Assembly: GCA_964398775.1 (NCBI GenBank)
Contig: CAYNND010000002.1
Coordinates: 8,242 to 72,241 of the forward strand
DNA: 64,000 bases
Source of the DNA: an uncultured Candidatus Saccharibacteria bacterium
GTDB lineage: Bacteria; Patescibacteriota; Minisyncoccia; Phycocordibacterales; UBA2100
Reading direction: 5' to 3'
The notes beneath the pieces are model-generated. The model saw only the letters and a list, made by a program, of their open reading frames with translations. It had not been told where the DNA came from and made no database searches. Numbering within the stretch: the first letter of the stretch is position 1; each line of letters starts with the position of its first letter. The translations under genes and the position numbers were made by a program. Of the stretch, positions 55,054 through 64,000 are shown piece by piece.

Positions 55054-58000
55054 ATGTTCGCACACTTGCATACACATTCGCACTACTCCCTTCTTGAGGC
55101 ACTCCCAAAATTGAGCGATCTTATCGACCGCGCAAAAGCAGAAGGTCAAACTGCGCTTGCTATCACTGACTTTGGAAACATGTACGGCGCGGTAGAGTTT
55201 TATAAGGAATGTAAAAAAGCAGGTATAAAACCAATCATCGGCTCAGAACTGTATCTTGCACCGCGTGGTCGAAAAGATATGGAACATGGTACTGACTCAC
55301 CTGTGCAGCGCATTGTATTGCTCGCTGAGAATCTACAAGGATACAAGAATCTGGTGAAGCTTGTCTCGCGAGCGCACCTCGAAGGTTTCTTTATGAAGCC
55401 CCGCGTCGATTACGAGCTACTTGAGGAACTTCACGAAGGACTCATTGCATGCATCCCAACACACGGTGGCGTCATCACACAATCAGGCCCTGACACAGAA
55501 CGCATCACAAAACTAAAAAAGATATTTGGGACTGCGCTGTACTTTGAGTACGCATATCACCCAACAGTGCTTCATAACGAAGAAATTTTGCAACGAACCA
55601 CCGAAGCAGGAACAAAACACGGAATCCCACTTTTTGCATCTCGCGAAGTATACTACCTTGACTCTGGTGATCGTGTCGCGCGCGAACTTTTGGTAAAAAT
55701 ACAAACAAACACAACCCTTACACAAGAGGATGAAGAAAGTGCGGATGACTTTTCATTCCTCAGCACTGAACAAGCTGCAAAAGCATTCGCGTCTATGCCG
55801 CACCTCCTAGAGCAGACCGAAGCGATAGTGCAACGATGCACGGTAGATATTCCACTCGGCGCATGGGTCTTCCCTGCTTACCCACTCACCCCAGGAAAAA
55901 CACACGATGAGATGCTCCGCGAAGAAGCATACAAGGGGTTTGCGCTCCGTGGTGTACCAGAAACACCAGAAACGAGAGAACGTCTCGACTACGAACTATC
56001 TGTTATTGCAAAAAAAGGTTACTCGCCATACTTTCTTGTGGTTGCCGACTTGATGCGGCACGCACGTGAGTCGCAAATCCTTACAAATACCCGAGGTTCA
56101 GCTGCTGGGTCACTGACGTCTTTCTTGATGGGTATTACAACGGTTAATCCACTCTTCTATAATCTCCCCTTTGAGCGATTTTTAAATCCAGACCGACCAT
56201 CTGCACCTGATATCGATATGGATGTCGCCGATGATAAACGCGACCAATTTATTGAGTACGCACGGCAAAAATACGGTGATGACCACGTCGCGCAAATAGG
56301 AACATTTGGAACAATGATGGCGCGTGCTGCCGTGCGCGACGTCGCACGCGCACTCGGACATTCGTATGCTGTGGGAGATAAAATTGCAAAAATCATTCCA
56401 TTCGGAGCACAAGGTTTCCCGGTCACCATCGCTGGAGCACTCGAAAGTGAACCTGAACTAAAAGAACTGCAGAAAAAAGACCCCGTAGTGCGACAAGTGC
56501 TTGAGTATGCCCAGAAGATTGAAGGAAACGCCCGGCATGTTGGAGTGCATGCTGCAGGTGTGGTAATGGCACCAACCCCAACCACCGACTTCACTCCAAT
56601 ACAACTCGACCCGAAAGGAGGGAAAATTATCACTCAGTACGATATGTATTCTGTGGAAGATGCGGGGTTGCTCAAATTCGACTTCTTGGGATTGAAAAAC
56701 CTTGCAATTCTCGCTGACTCTATCAAACGCGTAAAGAAAATTCAGAACATTGATGTCGACGTGTACAACGTCCCCATGGACGACATGAAAACATTTACTA
56801 TGCTCTCTGAAGGTCGCACTATGGGAGTGTTTCAATTTGCATCATCGGGTATGACGCAGTACTTGAAAGAACTCCAGCCGACATCTGTCTTCGATTTGAA
56901 CGCGATGGTGGCGCTCTATCGTCCAGGGCCGATGGAATTCATCCCTGAGTACATTGCACGTAAGCGTGATGCATCGAGAATTAAATATCTTGACCCGCGT
57001 ATGGAAGCAATTCTGAACCGTAGTTACGGCATCATCACCTATCAAGACGATGTGCTCATGATTGCTATACAACTCGCTGGATATAGCTGGCTTGACGCTG
57101 ATAAGTTCCGTAAAGCCATGGGTAAAAAGATCCCGGAAGAAATGGCAGCTCAGAAGGAAATATTCATGAAAGGTTGTGCTGAGCGCGGCATGAAACCCGA
57201 TACCATTCAAAAACTCTGGGAACAGATTGAAACTTTTGCTGCGTACGGCTTCAACAAAGCCCATGCTGCAAGTTATGGAAACCTTGCGTACAAGACTGCG
57301 TACATGAAAGCAAACTACCCACTTGAGTATATGTCAGCTCTGCTCACTGCTGACTCTGGTGATGTTGAGAAAATTGCAGAAATTGTGAAGGAATGTGAAG
57401 CAATGAAGATCGCAGTACTCCCACCAGATGTCAACGAAAGTTATCCAGTATTTTCTGTGGTGACTTCGGCGGAGCGCACGATTCGTTTCGGACTCAACTC
57501 TATCAAAAACTTTGGAGAAGGAATCTCAGAGGCAATTGTCGAAGAAAGGAAGAATAATGGTCCATATACTGACCTTGCGGATTTTCTCACTCGTGTGCCA
57601 GACAAAAACTTAAACAAGCGTGGGCTTGATGCTCTCATCAAATCAGGCGCCCTCGATGCATTTGGAACTCGTGGCAAACTATTACACAACCTTGAAGAAA
57701 TACTTTCTTTCAGAAAAGAAATCACAACTGATGCTGCTCAGGATTCTCTCTTTGGTTCAGGGCAATCATCAACACTTTCCCTTGCTGACGCGCCTGATGC
57801 GACGCTGTCTCAGAAATTAATCTGGGAAAAAGAACTGCTCGGACTCTATGTCTCTGGGCACCCACTTGATGCATTTCAAACACAACTCAAGGGAAAAGCT
57901 GACATACATGCATCAAAACACGAGCTCCATGCTGGTATTACCACTGTAGTTGCAGGACTTATAGATGAAGTGCGCACAGTGCTCACAAAGAAAGGAGATC

Positions 58001-58179
58001 GTATGGCGTTTGTGCGCATCAGTGACTATAGAGACACCATGGAATGCGTCTGCTTCCCCGAAATCTTTATGAATAACCGTGCAGTACTGAACCCTGGCTC
58101 CTGTGCCCTATTCAAGGGTAAGATTTCAAACAGAAATGGAGAGAAGAGTATGGTTGTTGATGCGATTAAAGTTTTATAA
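55054..58179 (+). CDS. dnaE: DNA polymerase III alpha subunit
   Basis: PHP domain 'HLHTHSHYSLLEA', polymerase core 'GLLKFDFLGLKNL', and a C-terminal OB fold. 1041 aa from the chosen ATG; the track ORF starts at 55024. Confidence 0.9.
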   Translation: MFAHLHTHSHYSLLEALPKLSDLIDRAKAEGQTALAITDFGNMYGAVEFYKECKKAGIKPIIGSELYLAPRGRKDMEHGTDSPVQRIVLLAENLQGYKNLVKLVSRAHLEGFFMKPRVDYELLEELHEGLIACIPTHGGVITQSGPDTERITKLKKIFGTALYFEYAYHPTVLHNEEILQRTTEAGTKHGIPLFASREVYYLDSGDRVARELLVKIQTNTTLTQEDEESADDFSFLSTEQAAKAFASMPHLLEQTEAIVQRCTVDIPLGAWVFPAYPLTPGKTHDEMLREEAYKGFALRGVPETPETRERLDYELSVIAKKGYSPYFLVVADLMRHARESQILTNTRGSAAGSLTSFLMGITTVNPLFYNLPFERFLNPDRPSAPDIDMDVADDKRDQFIEYARQKYGDDHVAQIGTFGTMMARAAVRDVARALGHSYAVGDKIAKIIPFGAQGFPVTIAGALESEPELKELQKKDPVVRQVLEYAQKIEGNARHVGVHAAGVVMAPTPTTDFTPIQLDPKGGKIITQYDMYSVEDAGLLKFDFLGLKNLAILADSIKRVKKIQNIDVDVYNVPMDDMKTFTMLSEGRTMGVFQFASSGMTQYLKELQPTSVFDLNAMVALYRPGPMEFIPEYIARKRDASRIKYLDPRMEAILNRSYGIITYQDDVLMIAIQLAGYSWLDADKFRKAMGKKIPEEMAAQKEIFMKGCAERGMKPDTIQKLWEQIETFAAYGFNKAHAASYGNLAYKTAYMKANYPLEYMSALLTADSGDVEKIAEIVKECEAMKIAVLPPDVNESYPVFSVVTSAERTIRFGLNSIKNFGEGISEAIVEERKNNGPYTDLADFLTRVPDKNLNKRGLDALIKSGALDAFGTRGKLLHNLEEILSFRKEITTDAAQDSLFGSGQSSTLSLADAPDATLSQKLIWEKELLGLYVSGHPLDAFQTQLKGKADIHASKHELHAGITTVVAGLIDEVRTVLTKKGDRMAFVRISDYRDTMECVCFPEIFMNNRAVLNPGSCALFKGKISNRNGEKSMVVDAIKVL

Positions 58180-58188
58180 AGCCGCCAC

Positions 58189-58761
58189 ATGGATAAAAAA
58201 GACACCAAGGATGCCCTCACTGCGCGAGAACGATTTATCGAATATGTACAGAGTAAAAAACCAGTAACAGTCATTCTAGAAAAAGGAAAACACGCAGGGA
58301 AACAGATGCATATAGTTACTGTCAAAAAGGGTCCGTACGCGCTTGAATATTGGGGAATTGTTGGTAGAAAGAAAATTGCGACAATGCTTACCGCTGCACC
58401 AATTGGTGGCATAGCACAAGTAACTAACTCAGTTGTTGCGCATAGTTTTTGGAGATGTGGGATCGCTCATCATGTATACTCTGAAATTAACAAGGACTTG
58501 AGTATTGTACATGCAGCACTTGAGCCAAACTGGAATGCAATGACTCCTGACGCTGTCCGCTTCTGGAAAGAACTAAGTGTCCATTCTCCTGAAATACAGG
58601 CACGACTTGAAACCGTACTTGCACAGATGGATTCTACAGGAGCCACCGCTGCTCACGACGAAATGAAAATTGATGACATCGGTCAGTTTTGGAATGGCGA
58701 TAGTATGAGTAAGAAAAAGCTTGAAGGTCTTGGCATTGACACTACAAGCCAGAGTCGCTAG
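58189..58761 (+). CDS. hypothetical protein
   Basis: 190 aa, lying 10 nt downstream of dnaE. No recognisable motif. Confidence 0.4.
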   Translation: MDKKDTKDALTARERFIEYVQSKKPVTVILEKGKHAGKQMHIVTVKKGPYALEYWGIVGRKKIATMLTAAPIGGIAQVTNSVVAHSFWRCGIAHHVYSEINKDLSIVHAALEPNWNAMTPDAVRFWKELSVHSPEIQARLETVLAQMDSTGATAAHDEMKIDDIGQFWNGDSMSKKKLEGLGIDTTSQSR

Positions 58762-58767
58762 GATGTA

Positions 58768-58930
58768 GGTGCAGAGATTGCTTCGGCTACCAACCGAAGG
58801 TGCATCGCATGGGAAACCCTAATCTGTAGTTAAAGAGTCTAAAGTATACTTTAGAGAATCTAGGTGGAACCGCGACACAGATCGCCCTGGAAATCATTTC
58901 ATTTTTGAAATGATTTCCAGGGCGTTTTTC
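58768..58930 (+). promoter_or_regulatory. T-box riboswitch leader (threonine, ACC specifier) controlling thrS
   Basis: Stem I AGAGA motif (gcAGAGAttgc). Specifier loop 'cuACCAacc', a Thr ACC codon followed by A. Conserved T-box sequence 'AAUCUAGGUGGAACCGCG' at 58857-58874. A mutually exclusive terminator follows immediately upstream of thrS. Confidence 0.8.
58882..58930 (+). terminator. T-box leader intrinsic terminator
   Basis: Perfect 17-bp hairpin CCCTGGAAATCATTTCA-ttttt-GAAATGATTTCCAGGG followed by CGTTTTTC. Confidence 0.85.
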
Positions 58931-58952
58931 ATTAGTAACATAATACAATTCT

Positions 58953-60716
58953 ATGAGCTCGATTGAACACATTAGACACACACTTGCCCATCTCCTCAAT
59001 GCTGCAGTGCAAGAGCTATACCCACATGCAAAACCAACGATTGGCCCTGCGATTGATACCGGTTTTTATTTCGATTTTGATTTTGCAGGAGGTCCAACAC
59101 CTGGCGATGCAGATATAAAAGAAATCCAGAAAAAAATGTTGAAAACACTCAACAAATGGAACGAGTGGAAACATGAAGTGAAAACACCAGCTGAGGCACG
59201 TGAGTTCTTTAAAGATAACCAGTATAAAATTGAACTCATCAACGAACTTGAAGCAAAAGGTGAGACGATTACCTTCTACACCTGTGGCACGCTCACAGAC
59301 CTCTGCCGTGGAGGCCATGCCGAGAATCCCCAAAAAGAAATCAACACAGACGCATTTAAATTGACAAACATCGCAGGTGCGTACTGGAGAGGAAGCGCGG
59401 AAAATACGATGCTGACACGCATCTACGGACTCGCGTTTGCAACCAAGGAAGAACTGGACAAATATCTCTGGCAAATCGAAGAAGCAAGGAAGCGCGACCA
59501 TCGCATACTCGCAAAACAATTGAAGCTCTTTACGATTTCTGATCTTGTCGGCTCAGGCCTTCCCCTCTTCCAGAAAAATGGAAATACAATGCGAAGACTT
59601 CTGACTGATTACCTCTGGGAACTCCACAAGCCACGAGGGTACGATTGGGTATGGACACCACACCTCGCAAAGGAAGCACTGTACGAAACATCAGGTCACG
59701 CAGGACAGTACATGGAAGACATGTTCTCAGTCTGGGGCGGTACATCAAAGGAAAAGTTTTATGTAAAGCCGATGAACTGTCCGCACCACATGCAACTCTA
59801 TGCGGACAACCAGTTCTCATACCGTGATATGCCAGTCAGGTACTTTGAGCCAGCGACAGTCTATCGTGATGAAAAAACAGGACAGCTCTCAGGTCTCACG
59901 CGCGTGCGCTCAATCACCCAAGACGATGGCCATATATACTGCCGCGTATCACAAATTGAACAAGAGGCAGGGACAATGGTAGATATCATCAAAGAATTCT
60001 TTAGCACCATGGGAATGCTTGAAGGGTATCGCGTACGTCTTTCACTGCGTGACAATGACACAAGTAAATGGCTTGGTGAGGAATCAAACTGGGAAAAAGC
60101 ACAGCAGGCACTCGTCAATGTCTGCAAACAAAAAGAGCTCCCCTATTTTGAAGGACCAGGTGAAGCCGCGTTTTATGGACCGAAGCTCGACTTTATGTTC
60201 AAAGATGCAATCGGCCGCGAACACCAACTCTCGACAATTCAATGTGACTTCGTACAGCCAACACGTTTTGAACTTTCATTTGTAAACGAAGAAGGAAAGA
60301 AAGAAACACCAGTAGTCATTCACCGTGCAATCTCAGGTTCACTTGAGCGATTCATGGGTGTCGCGATTGAACATTTTGCTGGGGCGTTTCCATTGTGGCT
60401 TTCTCCCGAACAAGTGACTATTGTCCCAGTATCAGAAGAGCAACTCTCATATGCAGAGACCGTGTGCGCTACCCTTGTTGCACAAAATATCCGCGCATCA
60501 GTTTCAAAACCAAACGACACACTCGGAAAACGCATTCGAGAAGCTAAGGGTATGAAAGTTCCTTATATTCTTGTCGTTGGAGACACGGAGAAAAACTCTG
60601 AGAGTGTCTCTGTTGAAAGTCGTGACGCCGGTACAAAAGGTGTCGTAGAGACTCTCTCCCTATTTACTGCACGAGTGGTGAATGAGGTCCAGACTCGAGC
60701 ACTCAAGACACAGTAA
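58953..60716 (+). CDS. thrS: threonine--tRNA ligase (lacking N-terminal TGS domain)
   Basis: Class II core 'FYVKPMNCPHHMQLY', 'RVRSITQDDGHIY' and the anticodon-binding 'VTIVPVSEEQ'. Starts at the second additional/editing domain; 587 aa. Confidence 0.9.
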   Translation: MSSIEHIRHTLAHLLNAAVQELYPHAKPTIGPAIDTGFYFDFDFAGGPTPGDADIKEIQKKMLKTLNKWNEWKHEVKTPAEAREFFKDNQYKIELINELEAKGETITFYTCGTLTDLCRGGHAENPQKEINTDAFKLTNIAGAYWRGSAENTMLTRIYGLAFATKEELDKYLWQIEEARKRDHRILAKQLKLFTISDLVGSGLPLFQKNGNTMRRLLTDYLWELHKPRGYDWVWTPHLAKEALYETSGHAGQYMEDMFSVWGGTSKEKFYVKPMNCPHHMQLYADNQFSYRDMPVRYFEPATVYRDEKTGQLSGLTRVRSITQDDGHIYCRVSQIEQEAGTMVDIIKEFFSTMGMLEGYRVRLSLRDNDTSKWLGEESNWEKAQQALVNVCKQKELPYFEGPGEAAFYGPKLDFMFKDAIGREHQLSTIQCDFVQPTRFELSFVNEEGKKETPVVIHRAISGSLERFMGVAIEHFAGAFPLWLSPEQVTIVPVSEEQLSYAETVCATLVAQNIRASVSKPNDTLGKRIREAKGMKVPYILVVGDTEKNSESVSVESRDAGTKGVVETLSLFTARVVNEVQTRALKTQ

Positions 60717-60722
60717 GTCGTA

Positions 60723-61799
60723 CTATTTACGGGTAAGCACAAGCTTTGGTATGGGACCTGTGGTATCAAGCACGAGCTCATCTTGAGTTGCGGCTTGGAT
60801 TGGTGGTTCTGTCTTTTTCGGTTGTTCCCTACTGCTTACTGGCGTCGCTTGTTGCGCGTGTGCCGCCTTCTGGACTTCATGAACGATTGTCTCGTGATGC
60901 ATCTTTGGGGTAGGCGCTACATGGATTTCCTTCTGTGGGATTGGTGCTGCGGGTTGTGTTTGCGTATGGTCTATCACATCTTGATGCACTTGCACTACGG
61001 GCTGCTGTGGCGTGCTTGGCGCCGGGGCAGCTGTCACTGCACGGTATTCACCACCTACAGGCAAATCATGCTGTGCATTGCGAGCTCTGATAAGTGCTCG
61101 GTGCGCATCAGAGAGTACTTGTACTTTTTGCCTCGTATGCGCCCCCTCTGAGCTGTTGTGAATAATCGGCTGATGTGCGGCTTGTGCTACGCGCTCGATT
61201 TGTTGACGAACTTCCATTGTTTCTGCTTGAGGCGGTGCAATTACCTGTCTCTGAGTCGCAACCTGCACTGATGCTTTTTGTGTAGGTTTTCGAAATATCA
61301 TGCTTTGAATGTTTCGCGCCCTCTCAGCAAGCGAAGTTCCCTTTCTCTGCATTTGAACTCGTTGTTGTTTCACCGCAACTAGCGCTGCATCCCTATCGTG
61401 CTCAAGAACAGAAAGCGCTTCTCGTGTCGCAGAGTGCGCATGATGCAGCCCAGTTTTTGCAGCAGTTAAAAATGAATCAGCAGCCTTCTCGAGCGAGTCA
61501 ACCACGTGTGTAGTCTCCACAAACGGTCTGTATTTCGGCGCAGAAACAATAATCTGTGTTTTTTTATGTGGTGCAAAAAGTGTACGCAAAAAAGAAAAGA
61601 TTCGCTTACCGAGAGTTGCTCTCCGCAGGTATAGCACCCAAGAAATCAGCGCGCTCCAGAGTCCGAGCCCGAGCCAAAACGCTCCATTCCCCACTGGTCC
61701 AAAATCAAAACCCGCATATGCAGTATGGGCAGTGGAAACAAATACCAGAATGACTCCGTACAGTGCTTGCATGCAGCCTAGTATAGCAAGTGTACCCAT
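60723..61799 (-). CDS. hypothetical membrane protein with Q/P/H-rich cytoplasmic or extracellular tail
   Basis: Two N-terminal transmembrane helices ('ILVFVSTAHTAYAGF', 'FWLGLGLWSALISWVLYL') followed by a low-complexity region. Confidence 0.5.
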   Translation of the reverse strand: MGTLAILGCMQALYGVILVFVSTAHTAYAGFDFGPVGNGAFWLGLGLWSALISWVLYLRRATLGKRIFSFLRTLFAPHKKTQIIVSAPKYRPFVETTHVVDSLEKAADSFLTAAKTGLHHAHSATREALSVLEHDRDAALVAVKQQRVQMQRKGTSLAERARNIQSMIFRKPTQKASVQVATQRQVIAPPQAETMEVRQQIERVAQAAHQPIIHNSSEGAHTRQKVQVLSDAHRALIRARNAQHDLPVGGEYRAVTAAPAPSTPQQPVVQVHQDVIDHTQTQPAAPIPQKEIHVAPTPKMHHETIVHEVQKAAHAQQATPVSSREQPKKTEPPIQAATQDELVLDTTGPIPKLVLTRK

Positions 61800-61818
61800 A
61801 ACTCATCACTCTTATACA

Positions 61819-61865
61819 CAAAACCCCGCGTTCACTCGAGTGAGTGAACGCGGGGTTTGTTTTGT
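61819..61865 (-). terminator. Rho-independent terminator after surface repeat protein gene
   Basis: AAAACCCCGCGTTCACT-cgagtg-AGTGAACGCGGGGTTTGTTTTG; 17-bp stem with flanking A and T runs. Confidence 0.85.
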
Positions 61866-61871
61866 ACCTCT

Positions 61872-63818
61872 TTACGCGAATCGAATCTTTTTCTGCATCT
61901 GCGCAGCCGCATAGAATGATGTAACTGCGAATGCTGCAATGAAGAGCGGATAGAGATAATCAGCTGCCCCTGTGTATGGCACTCGGTTGAGTGGAACTCC
62001 ACCACCTGAACCACCCGAACCGCCTCCATATGTTACTCCTCCGAAACCGCCTCCAGTATTTCCTCCGCCATATCCTGAGACTACTGCTGTTGCCTGGCAC
62101 GTGCGTGAGACACCATCATACCCGCGAACTGTCATGGTATATGTTGTTGTCTGAGCTGGGGTGATTGCGTATGTACCAGTTGGTCCCACATTGCCGATTC
62201 CTGCAATTGATGAGAAGAGTGCGTTCTGTGTGTACCATGCGAGTGTATATCCTCCCATACCGTCTGCCTGAACTGCCATGCCACAACTTGCAGCAGGCGC
62301 GTATCCACCACCACCTGAACCACCGCCCTGATTACCGTTTGCTGTAACTGTTGTTTGGCATGTTCGTGTGCCGCCATTACCATAGGCTGTAAGCGTGTAG
62401 GTACGAGTGCCTGTGATGTTGTTTACAACGTAGGAACCGTTTGCCTGCACTGAGCCCACACCGTTATCAATCGAGACTGAGTATGCATTTGATGTATTCC
62501 ACACAAGGGTCGCACTACCGCCATATGAAGTCACCGTTGGATTCGCATACAAGCTACATGAAGGTGTGTCAATGACAGGATTTGACTGAATATACACTGT
62601 TCGCGTACAACTTGTTGATCCACCATTTCCGTACGCAGTCAACACGTATGTGGTTGTCGTGTATGGATATACCACCTGACTACCTGATACATTGACTGAG
62701 CCGAGGTTAGTGATTGAAACTGACGTTGCATTTGCGGTACTCCAGTAGAGACTCACTCCTTGTCCTGATGTTACTGATGATTGAGAGATATCAAGTGAAC
62801 ATGTTGGTGGGTTCTGAGTCTGTGTTTGTGAGTAGACAGTGACTTGGCATGAGTTTGAGCCTCCTGTTCCTGAGACATTTACTGTGTATGTGCGTGTTCC
62901 GTAGATTGGTCCTACCACTTGTGAACCTGAGACTGGGACAGAACCGTAGTCAGAAAGGTATGCGCTTGTCGCGTTGTATCCAGTCCATGAGATTGTCGTA
63001 CTGCCACCGTACGGTACCTGTGTTGATGAAGCGTACGCAGAACATGTTGGTACTTGGGTCGGCTGAGTATCAACATACGCAGTTGCTTGGCATGTATTTG
63101 TTCCGCCAGCCCCAGAAACAGTCATCACGTATGTTCGCGTTGATGTAAGGTTTGTGAGCGCATAGCTCCCTGATGTCATTACTGTTCCGATACTTGTGAT
63201 TGATGCTGATGTTGCATTTGTTGTTGACCATGAGAGTGTCGATGTGCCGTTGTAGCCGACTGTACTTGGTGAGACTGAGAGCGTACAGGTTGGTGCAGGT
63301 GTCACATAGTTTACACTCACTGTCGTTGAGCAAGTGTTTGTGCCACCAGGACCAGAAACAGTCATAGTATATGTTCTCGTACTTGTCGGAGATACTGGAT
63401 ATGAACCTGAGAGTGCAGTAGCACCGATTGATGTTATATATGCACTCGTTGCATTTGATGAAGTCCAGGAAATTGTCGAGCTACTTCCCGATGAGATTGT
63501 GGATGGAGATGCAGTGATTGAACAATATGGTGCATACACCGGAGGAGGTACTGGAGTCGTCGGAATAGTCGGGGTTCCGTCACCGTCGCCACCAGGACCA
63601 GGGCCGCCTGGGCTTCCATCACCATCGCCGTCGCCATCTCCGTCACCATCACCGTCACCATCACCATCACCGTCTCCACAGCCATCAGCGTGGGCTACGC
63701 TAGCATCAAATGAAAGCGGAGCTTGTGATGAAAATGCAGGGATAAATGAAGCGCACACAAAGAGAACTGCAGCGAGTGCGAGTGCTTTGCTTATGTGTAT
63801 TACGATAGTTTTTTGCAT
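61872..63818 (-). CDS. cell-surface protein with (DG)n tract and seven tandem ~90-aa Ig-like repeat domains, with a C-terminal membrane anchor
   Basis: Signal peptide 'MQKTIVIHISKALALAAVLFVCASFIPAFS'. A 'DGDGDGDGDGDGDGDGDGDG' tract. Repeats of the form 'T(I/L)SW(S/T)..NATSA.I(T/S)..G.V..SGS..V....TRTY(T/V)(M/L)T..G.GG(T/S)..C..T'. A Gly-rich segment and a C-terminal transmembrane helix 'LYPLFIAAFAVTSFYAAA'. Confidence 0.7.
   Translation of the reverse strand: MQKTIVIHISKALALAAVLFVCASFIPAFSSQAPLSFDASVAHADGCGDGDGDGDGDGDGDGDGDGDGSPGGPGPGGDGDGTPTIPTTPVPPPVYAPYCSITASPSTISSGSSSTISWTSSNATSAYITSIGATALSGSYPVSPTSTRTYTMTVSGPGGTNTCSTTVSVNYVTPAPTCTLSVSPSTVGYNGTSTLSWSTTNATSASITSIGTVMTSGSYALTNLTSTRTYVMTVSGAGGTNTCQATAYVDTQPTQVPTCSAYASSTQVPYGGSTTISWTGYNATSAYLSDYGSVPVSGSQVVGPIYGTRTYTVNVSGTGGSNSCQVTVYSQTQTQNPPTCSLDISQSSVTSGQGVSLYWSTANATSVSITNLGSVNVSGSQVVYPYTTTTYVLTAYGNGGSTSCTRTVYIQSNPVIDTPSCSLYANPTVTSYGGSATLVWNTSNAYSVSIDNGVGSVQANGSYVVNNITGTRTYTLTAYGNGGTRTCQTTVTANGNQGGGSGGGGYAPAASCGMAVQADGMGGYTLAWYTQNALFSSIAGIGNVGPTGTYAITPAQTTTYTMTVRGYDGVSRTCQATAVVSGYGGGNTGGGFGGVTYGGGSGGSGGGVPLNRVPYTGAADYLYPLFIAAFAVTSFYAAAQMQKKIRFA
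63615..63676 (-). repeat. hexanucleotide tandem repeat (GTCACC/ATCACC)n encoding (DG)n
   Basis: 'ccatcaccatcgccgtcgccatctccgtcaccatcaccgtcaccatcaccatcaccgtctcc', about 10 units, in frame. Confidence 0.8.
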
Positions 63819-64000
63819 ACGATGTTATATAAGTGATAGTAATGGTAATAATTGTAAGATTCCACTATACGAGTATTCTATCATAAATAAATACAAATGT
63901 CAAGTATCGTCCCCTAGATGCTCTCGGGGGTATAACTCCACGATAACTGTTCTTTTTAGCCGTATTATATGCGTATATGCGCACAAAATATACAATCGTA

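Noticed and set aside
1-64000. CRISPR arrays, tRNA/rRNA genes, transposases or integrases
   Set aside because: No direct-repeat / spacer periodicity was seen. No tRNA-like cloverleaf stretches were spotted in intergenic regions, and no ORF has transposase or integrase motifs (DDE, tyrosine recombinase RxxR...Y). The window appears to be core genome apart from the small GC-rich MarR islet.

Overview
This window is a gene-dense (~90% coding), ~45% GC bacterial core-genome segment. It is almost entirely housekeeping and looks like a reduced-genome Candidate Phyla Radiation / Parcubacteria-like organism, but that assignment is inference only. The recognisable blocks are listed here.

(i) Positions 12-7700 carry an ABC-2 exporter, ung, a secreted SNase-like nuclease, a DedA membrane protein, hisS and a DEDDy exonuclease.

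(ii) Positions 7700-15050 carry purF/purD divergent from carA-carB.

(iii) A minus-strand operon runs from 25421 down to 15903. It encodes pyrB-pyrC-pyrD-pyrE-pyrF-prs, a 205-aa hypothetical and a single-chain UvrD-helicase/Fe-S RecB-nuclease fusion.

(iv) Two paralogous giant secreted Cys-rich, Q/P-rich proteins sit at 25509-30626.

(v) The minus-strand block at 30651-41373 (transcribed right to left) carries rpoB, rpoC, a hypothetical, dnaG and rpoD.

(vi) A GC-rich (~57%) islet with tandem MarR-like regulators is inserted between rpoB and trmD.

(vii) The minus-strand operon at 42454-45000 (transcribed right to left) is rpsP, KH-domain protein, Nudix, trmD. The Nudix gene replaces rimM and the TrmD carries a C-terminal HD-domain fusion.

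(viii) A short RNase R/II family exoribonuclease lies at 45082-46614.

(ix) A minus-strand operon at 46617-50517 encodes a hinge-less mini-SMC, a 240-aa hypothetical and a secreted PGRP-type amidase.

(x) Positions 51077-54833 carry rnc, a NusB-Nudix fusion, L32 with a K/A tail, a PRMT-like methyltransferase and rnhB.

(xi) Positions 55024-60716 carry dnaE and a Thr T-box leader in front of a TGS-less thrS.

(xii) A Q/P-rich membrane protein at 60723-61799 and a (DG)n / seven-tandem-domain surface protein at 61872-63818 close the window.

RNA and regulatory elements I can support are a clear T-box riboswitch with terminator upstream of thrS, several Rho-independent terminators, and one candidate small structured GC-rich RNA between rnhB and dnaE.

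I found no CRISPR array, tRNA, rRNA or mobile element. I also found no canonical defence system. The most unusual content is the pair of paralogous secreted modular Cys-rich proteins, the repeat surface protein, the domain fusions (TrmD-HD, NusB-Nudix, helicase-nuclease), the hinge-less SMC operon, the PRMT-like methyltransferase and the GC-rich MarR islet.
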